From a virus (Duplodnaviria > Caudoviricetes): a stretch of 64,000 bases of DNA. This document shows, piece after piece, positions 38,303 to 47,873 of the stretch; the stretch's first letter is position 1, and each line of letters opens with the position of its first letter. The notes below the pieces were generated by a model. The model had not been told where the DNA came from, searched no databases, and was given only the letters and a program-made list of their open reading frames with translations. The translations under genes and the position numbers were made by a program. The stretch covers positions 1-64,000 of the IMG/VR virus record IMGVR_UViG_3300017814_000051; one strand, given 5' to 3'.

Positions 38303-39433
38303 TTATTTTCCTCCATTGTCATTAAAATCATTTACTGCTGTATTAACTGCCGGTCTCTTGTCAGATTCCGGAACAAGTGCTGGTTTTCCGGGCGGTTTGT
38401 ATATGAGCCCGCCCAGGAGCTCGTTGAATTGATCTTTTCCAAGCATAGTGTTCATGGCAGTTATGCCTATGAGCTTTTGCTCGTATGGATTGTAGCCCGC
38501 TTTTGTGACAACCATAGCTACGGCAGTTTCGTCTGTGTATTTACGGTTGGATCTGCCTTCGACTACTTTCCATCCATTAAAGTGGGTACCGGATTGTGAT
38601 TTTGTCAGGGCATAGTTCTTTATGTCATTTCCCCAAGCAATGAGCTGATCTATCTTGCCAAGAATCGATGCGATCTCAAGCTCGTCAAGGGTATCTGGCT
38701 TAGCAAAGTCATATTTGGCAAGCTCTAAGTTATGTTCAGCTCGCTTTCTGCAGGTTGCTTTCACTTTGCAGAACTGACAGTGATCGCCGGCTTTGAATTC
38801 ACCCTTGCCCTCGTATGCAAGTTTTGCCGTGGGAGCAAGCACCATATTAGCCCAGTTTAATAGGTCTGACTTACTGATGCTCCAGGTAGAAATGTTGTCG
38901 CGTCTTGGCTGGAAGATCGTCATGGTTACACGGTCGACGTCGTAGAGATCACCGAAGGCGTCTATGGCTCCGAGTGCATAACACATCATCTGACTATTAT
39001 TTTCTGCTTCCACCAGGACACCAAGACCATGTTTGTAATCAATGATCTGCAATACCTGATCTGCTAAAATGACGCAGTCACCGGTGCCGAATCCGTTTTC
39101 TACCCAGCGCGAGAAGTCAAGCTGCTGCTCTATGAAGATCATCGGGTCAGGGCAATACTTCTTTGCCGCTTCCAGCTGCTGCAGAACATATTCGCAATAT
39201 TCTTCCGCACAATTTTGCATCTCCATATTGTAGTAAGTAAGATTCTCAGATGGATCTTTAACATCGTGTCCCAGAGCTTTTTCTACTAGGTAGGCACAGA
39301 GCTCATGACAGTCGGTTCCTTCCTGGGCGTAGGAGCTGCTCTGATCTGGAATACTCTCACAAAGCTTCGCGGAAGGTGGACAGTTCAGCCACCTGTGTGA
39401 TGCGGAAGCGGAGAGAAATGCATGCTTAGCCAT
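38303..39433 (-). CDS. DUF2800-family PD-(D/E)XK nuclease
   Basis: HAFLSAS...CPPSA, FGTGD, IIDYKHG, CQFCKVK..CR. Confidence 0.9.
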   Translation of the reverse strand: MAKHAFLSASASHRWLNCPPSAKLCESIPDQSSSYAQEGTDCHELCAYLVEKALGHDVKDPSENLTYYNMEMQNCAEEYCEYVLQQLEAAKKYCPDPMIFIEQQLDFSRWVENGFGTGDCVILADQVLQIIDYKHGLGVLVEAENNSQMMCYALGAIDAFGDLYDVDRVTMTIFQPRRDNISTWSISKSDLLNWANMVLAPTAKLAYEGKGEFKAGDHCQFCKVKATCRKRAEHNLELAKYDFAKPDTLDELEIASILGKIDQLIAWGNDIKNYALTKSQSGTHFNGWKVVEGRSNRKYTDETAVAMVVTKAGYNPYEQKLIGITAMNTMLGKDQFNELLGGLIYKPPGKPALVPESDKRPAVNTAVNDFNDNGGK

Positions 39434-39809
39434 TAGCGATCACCTTTGCTTCCTCAGCTACGGCTGCGTAGTCATTCTCATTCAGATCGCTTAATCGGCT
39501 CACACCATACTTCTGAAGAAGTGCTTTGGCTTCTGTCTTCTTGCCCTGGCCAGATAGACCAGCCATGATACCGCGGACGTCTTCGAAGCTATACTTCTTT
39601 GGCTCGGCTACATTACTAGGGAGCGGGGCGCTTTCTTTCTTCTGTGGAAGGGTGGTCTTATCAGATACCGAGAAGATTGCTTTCATATCGTTAAGTGATT
39701 TGATTACTACTTCTGCACAGGAAAGAATGTTCTTACCAGATTTTATGATTTCATCACCACTTTTTATGATTTCGTCTAAAATCGTTGATAAATCCTTTTT
39801 ATCATTCAT
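39426..39809 (-). CDS. Conserved phage protein (Rrp5-like annotation)
   Basis: FEDVRGIMA...KALLQKYGVSRLSDL; paralogue of 295-633. Confidence 0.8.
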   Translation of the reverse strand: MNDKKDLSTILDEIIKSGDEIIKSGKNILSCAEVVIKSLNDMKAIFSVSDKTTLPQKKESAPLPSNVAEPKKYSFEDVRGIMAGLSGQGKKTEAKALLQKYGVSRLSDLNENDYAAVAEEAKVIANG

Positions 39810-39954
39810 GTTCTTTAGTCTCCTTTGTCTGAATCTGTTGTCTTAGGTTGTCTGCCAGCCGTTTGGCTACGACGCTGATGGCAATAAGAGTGTCAATCAG
39901 TTCTTCATCTGTTCTGTCTGCCAGGCTGGCTATGTCTTTGGTTTTAGCATTCAT
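39802..39954 (-). CDS. Small conserved phage hypothetical protein (50 aa, not in ORF track)
   Basis: GAGGT RBS; MNAKTKDIASLADRTDEELIDTLIAISVVAKRLADNLRQQIQTKETKEHE; homologue of 569-781. Confidence 0.7.
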   Translation of the reverse strand: MNAKTKDIASLADRTDEELIDTLIAISVVAKRLADNLRQQIQTKETKEHE

Positions 39955-39991
39955 TTTTTGACCTCGCTTTCCGAAAGGACTCTCTTGCCTT

Positions 39992-40237
39992 TCTAACTTT
40001 CTAAGGGGCTTAGTGAGAGCTTTTTCCGGGTTTTGTGTAAAACTTTTTTATTTCTTTTCCGGCAGGCTGCTTTCGTGCGCCCTAATTTACTAAGGAAGAT
40101 AGATGAGGTGTTTTCCGGATTACAATCAAAAAAATATCCGGGCCTAAACGCGCATATAAAAGGAAGCGGTTAGACTAGGATATTTTTTTTCAAAAACGCC
40201 GGAAAAACGGAAAGAAAAACTCCTTAGAAAATTAGAG
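39992..40237. promoter_or_regulatory. Three copies of bipartite motif CCGGAAAA-N15-CCTTAGWAARTTAG (two minus, one plus) in the divergent early region
   Basis: Copies starting at 40029(-), 40118(-) and 40199(+), all with a 15-nt spacer and pointing into the adjacent operons. Confidence 0.75.
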
Positions 40238-40276
40238 GATATTGATCTTCTAATAATTGAAAGAGAGGTTAAGCAA

Positions 40277-40627
40277 ATGGAGTTTTTTGGTAATGACCGT
40301 CCTGTCGTTTACATATGTTCACCATTCTCGAGGGACAAAGTAGCTGGATGTGAAAATGCAAAGCGATACAGCAGGCATGCGGTTGATGCAGGAGCGATAC
40401 CGTTCGCGCCGCATCTGCTTCTTCCTATGTATATGAAAGAGGATAGCGAGCGTGGGCAGGCACTATATATGGATATGGTGTTTCTAAGACGTTGTGACGA
40501 ACTTTGGGTATTTGGGCATGACATCACAAGTGGCATGCAGGCAGAGATCGATCAGGCAGGGAAGCTTGGTATGAAGATTCGTTATTTTACTGAGAATTTT
40601 AAGGAGGAGGCGCGTCATGCAATTTGA
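40277..40627 (+). CDS. DUF4406-like (nucleoside deoxyribosyltransferase-fold) phage protein
   Basis: VYICSPF, PFAPHL, CDELWVFG, SGMQAEI. Confidence 0.8.
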   Translation: MEFFGNDRPVVYICSPFSRDKVAGCENAKRYSRHAVDAGAIPFAPHLLLPMYMKEDSERGQALYMDMVFLRRCDELWVFGHDITSGMQAEIDQAGKLGMKIRYFTENFKEEARHAI

Positions 40628-42905
40628 ACTATTCACTGCGAACGGCGCAGGAGATGCTGGTAACTGTAGCTATCCCAACAAGACCGTAGCAAGTGATCCG
40701 GCGCAGCTTGCGGCCGCGGTCTTAAAAGATCATGTCTGCGCTACATATAAGGATAATTACCGCAGCAAGGATAACTTCATACGGTCCTCGCTCGGGGTCT
40801 GGGATTGTGATAATGATCATTCGGATAATCCAGATGACTGGATCACACCGGAGAGCTTGGGAGAGGGGATCCTATCTGAGATTTCATTCGCTACAACACC
40901 GAGTCGTCATAACAACGATTGGAAAGAGAATAAGTCTCCAAGGCCCAGGTTCCATCTTCTGGCAGAGGTCAGCGAGTTTACTGATCCGGATAAGTACAGT
41001 GATATGAAGAAGGCAGTCCAGAAGAAGTTTTCATTTTTTGATGACAATGCTCTAGACGCAGCCAGATTTTTGTTTGGAAATAAAGTCTCACCAGATCAGA
41101 TTTACTGGCATGAAGGTTGGCTTAATATTGACGATCTTCTCGAGGCTGGAGATTACGAAAATGACCCGCCTGATACAGCAACAAACTCCGGTACCATTCA
41201 GGAAGGAAGTCGCAACAAGACCATGAGCCTATTTGCGGGTAAGGTCCTAAAACGCTATGGCGATACAGACAAAGCAAAGGAAGTCTATCTTGACCACTCA
41301 AGGAAATGCGATCCACCGCTTGATGCAGCAGAGCTTGATACCATCTGGAACAGTGCAGTTCGATTCTTCATTAAGAAGGTTGCTACCCAGGAAAGTTATG
41401 TACCACCGGATCAGTATAACGAGGAGTTCGGGGTTGCATCGCTTAAGCCTGAAGACTACTCCGATATTGGAGAAGCAAAAGTTCTTGCAAGGGAGTATGG
41501 CGAGGAGCTTAAGTACACCAGTGCTACAGATTATCTTCGTTTCGATGGTGATTGCTGGAGAGAAGATAAGCAGATGGCAGTTGGCGCTGCTGAGGAGTTC
41601 TTGGATCTGCAGATGCAGGATGCAAAGGACGCAGTGAAGTCAGCAGAGGAAGCTTTGGTAGAAGCTGGTGTTGATAGGCAAACAGTTCGTGATGGCGGTA
41701 AGGCGCTGGAGAAAGCATGTGACACAGAAAAACAGATGAAGATGCTGTTCCGTCTGGTCGGGGCTCAAACATATCTGAAGTTTGTCATGAAGTGCAGAAA
41801 TTATCGTAACCTTGTAAATTTCCAGAACGCAGCAAAACCTATGCTATCCATCAATATGAACGAGCTTGATAAAGACCCGTTTCTCATCAATACACCACAT
41901 GCAACTTTTGATATGTCAAAAGGCCTCGCAGGAGAGCAACCGCATGATCCAGGGGATCTTATTACAAAGATCACAGAGAAGTCGCCGGGACAGGACGGCA
42001 GGCAGCTCTGGGAAGACGCGCTGAATATCTTCTTCTGCGGCGACCACGACCTGATCGATTACGTTCAGAAGACAGTCGGCGTTGCTGCTGTCGGGAAGGT
42101 CTACCAGGAGCACATGATCATTGCTTATGGCGGAGGTGCCAATGGTAAGTCTACATTCTGGAATACGATCTATCGCGTCATGGGAAACTACGCCGGTAAG
42201 ATCTCGGCGGAAGCTCTGACCATGAACTGCAAGAGAAATGTAAAACCAGAAATGGCAGAGCTTAAGGGCAAGCGCCTCATCATTGCATCAGAGATGGAAG
42301 AAGGTATGCGTCTTAATACGGCCACAGTCAAGCAGTTGTGTTCGACGGATGAGATCCAGGCAGAGAAAAAGTACAAGGACCCGTTCGCATTCGTGCCGTC
42401 GCATACGTTGGTCCTTTATACCAATCACCTGCCGAAGGTCGGTGCGAACGACGACGGGATATGGCGCAGGCTTGTGGTAATTCCTTTCAATGCAAAGATT
42501 ACTGGGAAGTCCGACATTAAGAATTATGCCGACTATCTGTTTGCTAGTGCTGGTCCATATATCATGAGCTGGATTATCGAAGGTGCCATGAAGGCAATTG
42601 CAGAGGATTTCAAGATTGCGGAACCACAGATCGTAAAAGATGCCGTTGAAGCCTATCGCGAGGATAACGACTGGCTCGGGCAGTTCATAGACGATTATTG
42701 CGAGATCGGCCTGTCCTATACGGAAAAGTCCGGTGAGCTCTATCAGGCATACCATACTTACAGTTCGATGGCCGGTGAGTATACACGATCCACGACAGAT
42801 TTCTACAATGCCATGATAAAGGCCGGCTTTGAGAAACACAAGACGAATAAGGGCGTGATCGTGATGGGACTGAAGTTAAAAGATGGTCAGGACTTCCTGG
42901 ATTAA
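40617..42905 (+). CDS. P4-family phage/plasmid primase-helicase
   Basis: DCDNDH, RPRFH, PriCT EGSRN, GGGANGKSTF, TNHLP, GIWRRL. Confidence 0.92.
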   Translation: MQFELFTANGAGDAGNCSYPNKTVASDPAQLAAAVLKDHVCATYKDNYRSKDNFIRSSLGVWDCDNDHSDNPDDWITPESLGEGILSEISFATTPSRHNNDWKENKSPRPRFHLLAEVSEFTDPDKYSDMKKAVQKKFSFFDDNALDAARFLFGNKVSPDQIYWHEGWLNIDDLLEAGDYENDPPDTATNSGTIQEGSRNKTMSLFAGKVLKRYGDTDKAKEVYLDHSRKCDPPLDAAELDTIWNSAVRFFIKKVATQESYVPPDQYNEEFGVASLKPEDYSDIGEAKVLAREYGEELKYTSATDYLRFDGDCWREDKQMAVGAAEEFLDLQMQDAKDAVKSAEEALVEAGVDRQTVRDGGKALEKACDTEKQMKMLFRLVGAQTYLKFVMKCRNYRNLVNFQNAAKPMLSINMNELDKDPFLINTPHATFDMSKGLAGEQPHDPGDLITKITEKSPGQDGRQLWEDALNIFFCGDHDLIDYVQKTVGVAAVGKVYQEHMIIAYGGGANGKSTFWNTIYRVMGNYAGKISAEALTMNCKRNVKPEMAELKGKRLIIASEMEEGMRLNTATVKQLCSTDEIQAEKKYKDPFAFVPSHTLVLYTNHLPKVGANDDGIWRRLVVIPFNAKITGKSDIKNYADYLFASAGPYIMSWIIEGAMKAIAEDFKIAEPQIVKDAVEAYREDNDWLGQFIDDYCEIGLSYTEKSGELYQAYHTYSSMAGEYTRSTTDFYNAMIKAGFEKHKTNKGVIVMGLKLKDGQDFLD

Positions 42906-43114
42906 GGTGAAGGTCGGTGCAGGGTGAAACTAAAACCTGTACCAATTTCAGTCCTTGGTGCAGGTCGATGAAGGTCATTTCATAAACCTTCTCAGGCTAA
43001 AAAACAGAAAGGTGCAGGTCGGTGAAGGTCTATATATAAAAGTCCTATAGAGAGAAATTTTAAGAAAAAATCTTATATAGGAGGTTTTAGGTACGAGCTG
43101 CACCGACCTGCACC
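42906..43114. repeat. Iteron-like repeats GGTG(A/C)AGGTC, putative replication origin
   Basis: Three direct pairs (42906, 42957, 43011) and one inverted pair (43095-43114) flanking an AT-rich stretch, directly after the primase. Confidence 0.75.
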
Positions 43115-43140
43115 CTTGAAATAAATGATGGGAGGAAGTC

Positions 43141-43425
43141 ATGCGAGAAAAGGGCATCGAGCAACAATTACGAAGTGAGGTCCGGCGGCGTGGAGGCCTT
43201 TGTGAGAAATGGACATCTGGCAGTTCAGGCTGGCCCGACAGGATATGCTTATTCCCGGATGGGAAGGCAGGTTTTGTGGAGGTAAAGGCACCAGGCAAAG
43301 CACCACGGCCATTACAAATTCATAGGCACGAACAACTAATACGCTTAGGTTACAAAGTTTACATACTTGATAATAAGGAGCAGATCGGAGGAATCCTTGA
43401 TGGAATACAAGAGAAAAAAATATAA
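43141..43425 (+). CDS. VRR-NUC domain nuclease
   Basis: EKGIE, GWPDRI, FVEVKAPG, PRPLQ. Confidence 0.9.
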   Translation: MREKGIEQQLRSEVRRRGGLCEKWTSGSSGWPDRICLFPDGKAGFVEVKAPGKAPRPLQIHRHEQLIRLGYKVYILDNKEQIGGILDGIQEKKI

Positions 43426-44800
43426 ACCACATGATTATCAGAAGTTTGCTACCGACTTCATTTTGCAGCACCCGATAAGCGCTGTGATCTTGTTCCTTGG
43501 GGCAGGCAAGACGGTAATAACCCTGACGGCGATTGAAAGACTGATCTATGACAGCTTTGAAGTCAGCAAGGTCCTGATCGTAGCACCGCTTCGAGTAGCG
43601 AAGGTTACATGGAAAGATGAAATATCGAAATGGGAGCATCTAAAGCATTTGTCATTTGCTATAGCAGTTGGTACGGAAAGGGAGCGCAAGGATGCACTCA
43701 GGCAGAATGCAGATATCACGATTATTAACAGAGAGAACCTGCAATGGCTTATCGAAAAGTCTAAGATGCCATTTGATTACGATATGGTAGTCCTTGATGA
43801 GCTTTCTTCGTTTAAGAGCTGGCAGTCAAAACGGTTTAGGTCTTTTATGAAGGTCAGACCAAAGGTCAAGAGGGTTGTTGGATTAACTGGAACACCGGCG
43901 CCAAATTCCATGATGGATCTCTTCGCAGAGTTCAAGTGCCTGGATATGGGTGAGAGACTTGGCCGTTTTATTACTCAGTATAGAACAGCCTACTTTACTC
44001 CGGATAAAATGAATGGCCAGATCGTGTATTCATATAAGCTCCTGCCTGGAGCACAGGAACGGATTTATAACAAGATCTCAGACATCACAATATCCATGAA
44101 GGCAATGGATCATCTGAAGATGCCGGAGCTGATTTCAAATCGGTACCCGGTTTATATGGAGGACAATGAAAACGCAAAGTATGAAGTAATGAAGCGTGAC
44201 TTGATTCTTCCATATCAGGATGAAGATGATATCACAGCAGTTAATGCTGCTGCGCTTTCTGGAAAGCTATGTCAAATGGCAAACGGTGCGGTCTATTCCG
44301 ATAACGGCGAAGTCGTTCACATCCATGACCGAAAGCTCGATGCTCTCGAGGATATTATCGAAGCAGCCCAAGGACCGATTCTTCTTTGTTACTGGTTTAA
44401 GCACGACCTGGCAAGAATCACGAAACGCTTAGAGAACCTAAAAATTGACTATGACAGGATTTCTTCAGAAGAGAGTATCCGTAAGTGGAATGAAGGACAA
44501 TGCCAGGTCGGCCTTATCCATCCGGCTTCTGCTGGGCATGGCTTAAACTTGCAACATGGCGGAAACGTTATCGTATGGTTTGGACTTACCTGGTCTCTCG
44601 AACTATATGAGCAGACCAATGCAAGACTGTGGAGACAGGGACAGCAGGCGTCAACCGTTGTGGTACAACACATAGTAACTGCCGGAACCATTGATGAGAA
44701 CATACTTGCAGCGCTAGAAAAAAAAGATAAGACGCAAGCAGCGCTTATTGATGCTGTTAAAGCAAATCTTGAACCGGGAGGAAGCAGCCATGAATGCTAA
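43400..44800 (+). CDS. Phage SNF2-family helicase
   Basis: PHDYQ, GAGKT, VLDELS, LTGTP, AGHGLNLQ, QTNARLWRQGQ. Confidence 0.9.
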   Translation: MEYKRKKYKPHDYQKFATDFILQHPISAVILFLGAGKTVITLTAIERLIYDSFEVSKVLIVAPLRVAKVTWKDEISKWEHLKHLSFAIAVGTERERKDALRQNADITIINRENLQWLIEKSKMPFDYDMVVLDELSSFKSWQSKRFRSFMKVRPKVKRVVGLTGTPAPNSMMDLFAEFKCLDMGERLGRFITQYRTAYFTPDKMNGQIVYSYKLLPGAQERIYNKISDITISMKAMDHLKMPELISNRYPVYMEDNENAKYEVMKRDLILPYQDEDDITAVNAAALSGKLCQMANGAVYSDNGEVVHIHDRKLDALEDIIEAAQGPILLCYWFKHDLARITKRLENLKIDYDRISSEESIRKWNEGQCQVGLIHPASAGHGLNLQHGGNVIVWFGLTWSLELYEQTNARLWRQGQQASTVVVQHIVTAGTIDENILAALEKKDKTQAALIDAVKANLEPGGSSHEC

Positions 44801-45212
44801 AGAATATCTGGGACAGGCATATCGTATTGACCAGAGAATCGATAATAAAATTAAGCAGGTGGAATCACTTCATGAGCTTGCGACTAAGGCAACAGCAACC
44901 TTATCAGATATGCCTGTTAACCATTCCAAGAACCCTCATAGCATGGAAGATGTAATTGTCAAGATAGTAGGACTTGAAAATGAGATTAACGCTGACATAG
45001 ACGAGCTTGTTACTACAAAACAAAATATCGTGAGGATCATAAAGAAGGTAGATCCGCAGGATTATCAAACGATATTAGAACAACGATATCTCTGCTTCTA
45101 CTCTTGGGAGCAGATTGCTGTGAACATGAGCTTTAGCATACAGCACGTATTCCGCCTTCATAATTTGGCTTTAAAAGAAATATCTAGAATAATGAAAGAT
45201 GAGAGTAAATGA
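44790..45212 (+). CDS. DUF1492/ArpU-like late transcriptional activator
   Basis: MNAKEYL, ILEQRYL...WEQIAVNM...VFRLH HTH; position before the packaging genes. Confidence 0.8.
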   Translation: MNAKEYLGQAYRIDQRIDNKIKQVESLHELATKATATLSDMPVNHSKNPHSMEDVIVKIVGLENEINADIDELVTTKQNIVRIIKKVDPQDYQTILEQRYLCFYSWEQIAVNMSFSIQHVFRLHNLALKEISRIMKDESK

Positions 45213-45250
45213 GAGAGACTGAGAGTTACACCTTGTGATAGTATTATACT
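45200..45250 (+). promoter_or_regulatory. Putative late promoter with three TGAGAG repeats at 10-bp period
   Basis: TGAGAG at 45200, 45210 and 45220, then a TATACT -10-like box. Confidence 0.5.
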
Positions 45251-45323
45251 AGTGAAAAAGAAGATGAACCTTCGAGGATAGATTCCCCGGAGGTTTTTTC
45301 ATGGGTGAAAGGAGCAAGTGACA

Positions 45324-45704
45324 ATGCCGAGAAAACCAAGGAAGCCTTGTGCCTTTCCAGGATGTCCGAGGCTTGTGGAAAGCGGCAGCAGATACTGCAG
45401 TGAACATCAGAAGGAAGAGGACAGGCGTTATGAGAAGTACGGACGAGACCCACACACGCATCGTAGATACGGACGAGCATGGAAGAGGATAAGAGACAGG
45501 TATGTGTTGGCGCATCCTTTGTGTGAGATGTGCCTAAAGGACGGAAGGTATGTGAAGACAGAAGAGGTTCATCATATCAAGCCGCTCTCAGAAGGCGGTA
45601 CACATGATGATGACAACCTCATGGCTTTATGTAAGTCATGCCATTCTAGGATACATGCAGAACGCGGGGACAGATGGGATAAAAAAGAGACCACTATTAA
45701 GTGA
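45324..45704 (+). CDS. Terminase-associated HNH endonuclease
   Basis: CAFPGC, PLCEMC, EVHHIKP, NLMALCKSCHSRIH. Confidence 0.92.
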   Translation: MPRKPRKPCAFPGCPRLVESGSRYCSEHQKEEDRRYEKYGRDPHTHRRYGRAWKRIRDRYVLAHPLCEMCLKDGRYVKTEEVHHIKPLSEGGTHDDDNLMALCKSCHSRIHAERGDRWDKKETTIK

Positions 45705-45716
45705 TCTCTAATATAA

Positions 45717-45786
45717 CGAGGCAGGTGGGATTTGAACCCACAGCGTTTGCATTTACTCTTATTCTCCAACAGAAGGCATCTACCCC
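45717..45786 (-). ncRNA. tRNA-like structure (degenerate tRNA or tRNA mimic)
   Basis: Acceptor GGGGTAG/CTGCCTC and perfect T-arm GTGGG-TTCAAAT-CCCAC; D and anticodon arms non-canonical; no CCA. Confidence 0.4.
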
Positions 45787-46000
45787 AAACGCAACGCCTA
45801 CCAAGCCAATCTGTTTTTTATCCATATGAGTGTCCTCCTTATCAAAAAGCGAAACGAAACCTACTATAGTTTGAATTACTATGATAGTGAGGCTTGAGAT
45901 GTCAATGGAGAAGTACTTTGCAGTAAAAACTGCAATTGCAATAAGAGCTGTTGCCAAATAAATTCTTATTTATTTTACTACAGAAACTTTAATTGGTAAA

Positions 46001-46092
46001 GGGGGGGGGAGGGGCGATCTTTATCTCTGCAGATGTTCTGAAGGGTAACGGTGCCGGGGTCACGCGCACAAAAATGCCGGTTCAAACGGGGG
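46001..46092 (+). other. Probable cos/packaging region
   Basis: G-rich GGGGAGGGGCG...TCTCTGC...GGTGCCGGGGTCACGCGCACAAAA between HNH and terS, the usual position in HK97-like phages. Confidence 0.5.
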
Positions 46093-46115
46093 ATTTAAGA
46101 AATTGAGGTGTAATT

Positions 46116-46682
46116 TTGGCGAAAGACATGACAAATAGAGGTGGAAGACGCATACGCGCAGGCGATAAACCGGAGGCACTAGCAGATAAAATCAGCAAAG
46201 GTAAACCAGCAACGATTATGGAACTTCCGGTAGCTGAACTTTCTGCTGGCAGCATAGGGGATCCGGCTGATCTTACCGGCAGCGATATGCCAGATCCGAG
46301 CAGCTACCTGTCAGCAAAGCAGCGTGATGGTAAACCACTCGGCGCTGATGAGATATATAGAGAAACATGGAAATGGCTTGAAGACAGGGGCTGCGAAAAG
46401 TTCGTAAGCAATAGACTGGTAGAAGGTTATGCACAAAGCTTCGCAAGATATATACAGTGTGAAGATGCCATAAGCACATATGGACTATTAGGTAAGCATC
46501 CTACAACAGGTGGAGCAATCACTAGTCCGTTTGTTCAAATGAGCCAGTCGTTTCAGAAGCAAGCGAATCTTCTCTGGTATGAGATATATGACATTGTAAA
46601 GCAAAACTGCACGGCAGCGTTCACGGGAAATCCGCAGGACGATATGATGGAGCAGTTGCTTAGATCGAGGAAGGAAAAGTAA
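46116..46682 (+). CDS. Terminase small subunit (P27 family)
   Basis: NRGGRR..AG.KP, ARYIQCE, KHPTTG, SPFV, DDMME.LL. Confidence 0.88.
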   Translation: MAKDMTNRGGRRIRAGDKPEALADKISKGKPATIMELPVAELSAGSIGDPADLTGSDMPDPSSYLSAKQRDGKPLGADEIYRETWKWLEDRGCEKFVSNRLVEGYAQSFARYIQCEDAISTYGLLGKHPTTGGAITSPFVQMSQSFQKQANLLWYEIYDIVKQNCTAAFTGNPQDDMMEQLLRSRKEK

Positions 46683-46951
46683 TGGATACAAAGAAATTTG
46701 AACAAGTTGATATTGAGAAGCTAATTCCATATGCAAGGAATGCAAGGACTCACAATAAGGACCAGATAGCACAGCTTAGATCATCGCTTCGTGAATTCGG
46801 ATTCGTATCCCCGGCTGTCATAGATAGTAGTTACAATATCATAGTCGGTCACGGTAGGATCGAGGCTGCAAAGCTAGAAGGATATAAAACCGTACCATGT
46901 GTTTTTGCGGAAAACCTTACAGATGCTCAGAAGAAAGCATATGTGATATAA
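46682..46951 (+). pseudogene. Truncated ParB-domain DNA modification methylase (N-terminus only)
   Basis: LIPYARNARTH, REFGF, GHGR, LTDAQKKAYVI, then a stop where ADN normally continues. Confidence 0.8.
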
Positions 46952-47009
46952 TTTTTACATAGAGACATTAGATGGATTTTAGTATAAGTAATAAAGGATA
47001 ATAAATAAC

Positions 47010-47852
47010 ATGGAAAAAACAATGTGGGGTAATCCAACAAGCTCATATTTTTCAATTCATTGTGCTAAAAAAGAATATGTAGAAGATTTTATAGAACATG
47101 GATCAGTTAAATTTGGGACCCCATCAGAATGGGTACAAGAGGCAAAGGAAAAAGGTGAGGGCCGTGGAGATTCTTTAGAAGGCTTAATAGCAACATATTG
47201 GTATTTAGATATTGAAAATATGAAGAAGATTGAAGATTACTTTGCTGATCTAAAAATTATTAGAAACAATGTTGATGGAAGAATTTATTTAAAAAATGAA
47301 AGATCTATGGATTTGCCGTGCTTTTGTATATATAGAATGCCAGTAAGCGCTTTTGATTGTCCTGACTCAACTGGTATGCAGAAAATATCAGGAGATGTTC
47401 CGAAAGAATATTTTCAAACTTTTGCAGATAATATTACACCATCATATGCTGATGGATTAAATGATAAAGAAAAGCCGGCATTTTATCTGATTAAAGATTA
47501 TGATGAATTTTTTAGAAGAGTGAAGAAATATATGACGGATAGGGGTGTAAAAGCGCAAGATGTTATTTGTTCTCCAGTAAAGTTTTATAATCTGGAACAA
47601 TATGAAAAGTATGGATGGTGGATGTGCAAAAGCAAATCGCCTCGTGAATTGTTTTGGAAAAGAGATAAATTCGCATTACAGTCTGAAGCAAGAATAATAA
47701 TTAATACTGATGATTTACATATAAAGAAATTACTAAAGGAAGGCCCAATAGAACTAGGGAATATGGAAGATATCGCAGTGCCGGTTTATAAATACTTGTA
47801 TGATGGTATGAGAGTTGAAATGAAAGTTGACGTAGGAAAAGATAATAGATAA
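47010..47852 (+). CDS. AT-rich moron, hypothetical protein (possibly DUF2971-like)
   Basis: Own TGATATAAT box near 46944; KEYVEDF..G, GRGD..EG, FWK..KF..Q.E.R motifs. Confidence 0.65.
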   Translation: MEKTMWGNPTSSYFSIHCAKKEYVEDFIEHGSVKFGTPSEWVQEAKEKGEGRGDSLEGLIATYWYLDIENMKKIEDYFADLKIIRNNVDGRIYLKNERSMDLPCFCIYRMPVSAFDCPDSTGMQKISGDVPKEYFQTFADNITPSYADGLNDKEKPAFYLIKDYDEFFRRVKKYMTDRGVKAQDVICSPVKFYNLEQYEKYGWWMCKSKSPRELFWKRDKFALQSEARIIINTDDLHIKKLLKEGPIELGNMEDIAVPVYKYLYDGMRVEMKVDVGKDNR

Positions 47853-47873
47853 ACATAAGAAAGGGAATGACAC

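Noticed and set aside
38303-39433. Cas4-like nuclease suggesting CRISPR adaptation
   Set aside because: It is the standard DUF2800 gene of the phage replication module
45717-45786. Functional tRNA gene
   Set aside because: No canonical D arm or 7-nt anticodon loop and no CCA; kept only as tRNA-like
46001-46009. G9 tract as a phase-variation switch
   Set aside because: Intergenic and part of the G-rich cos-like region; no ORF or promoter spacing visibly depends on it
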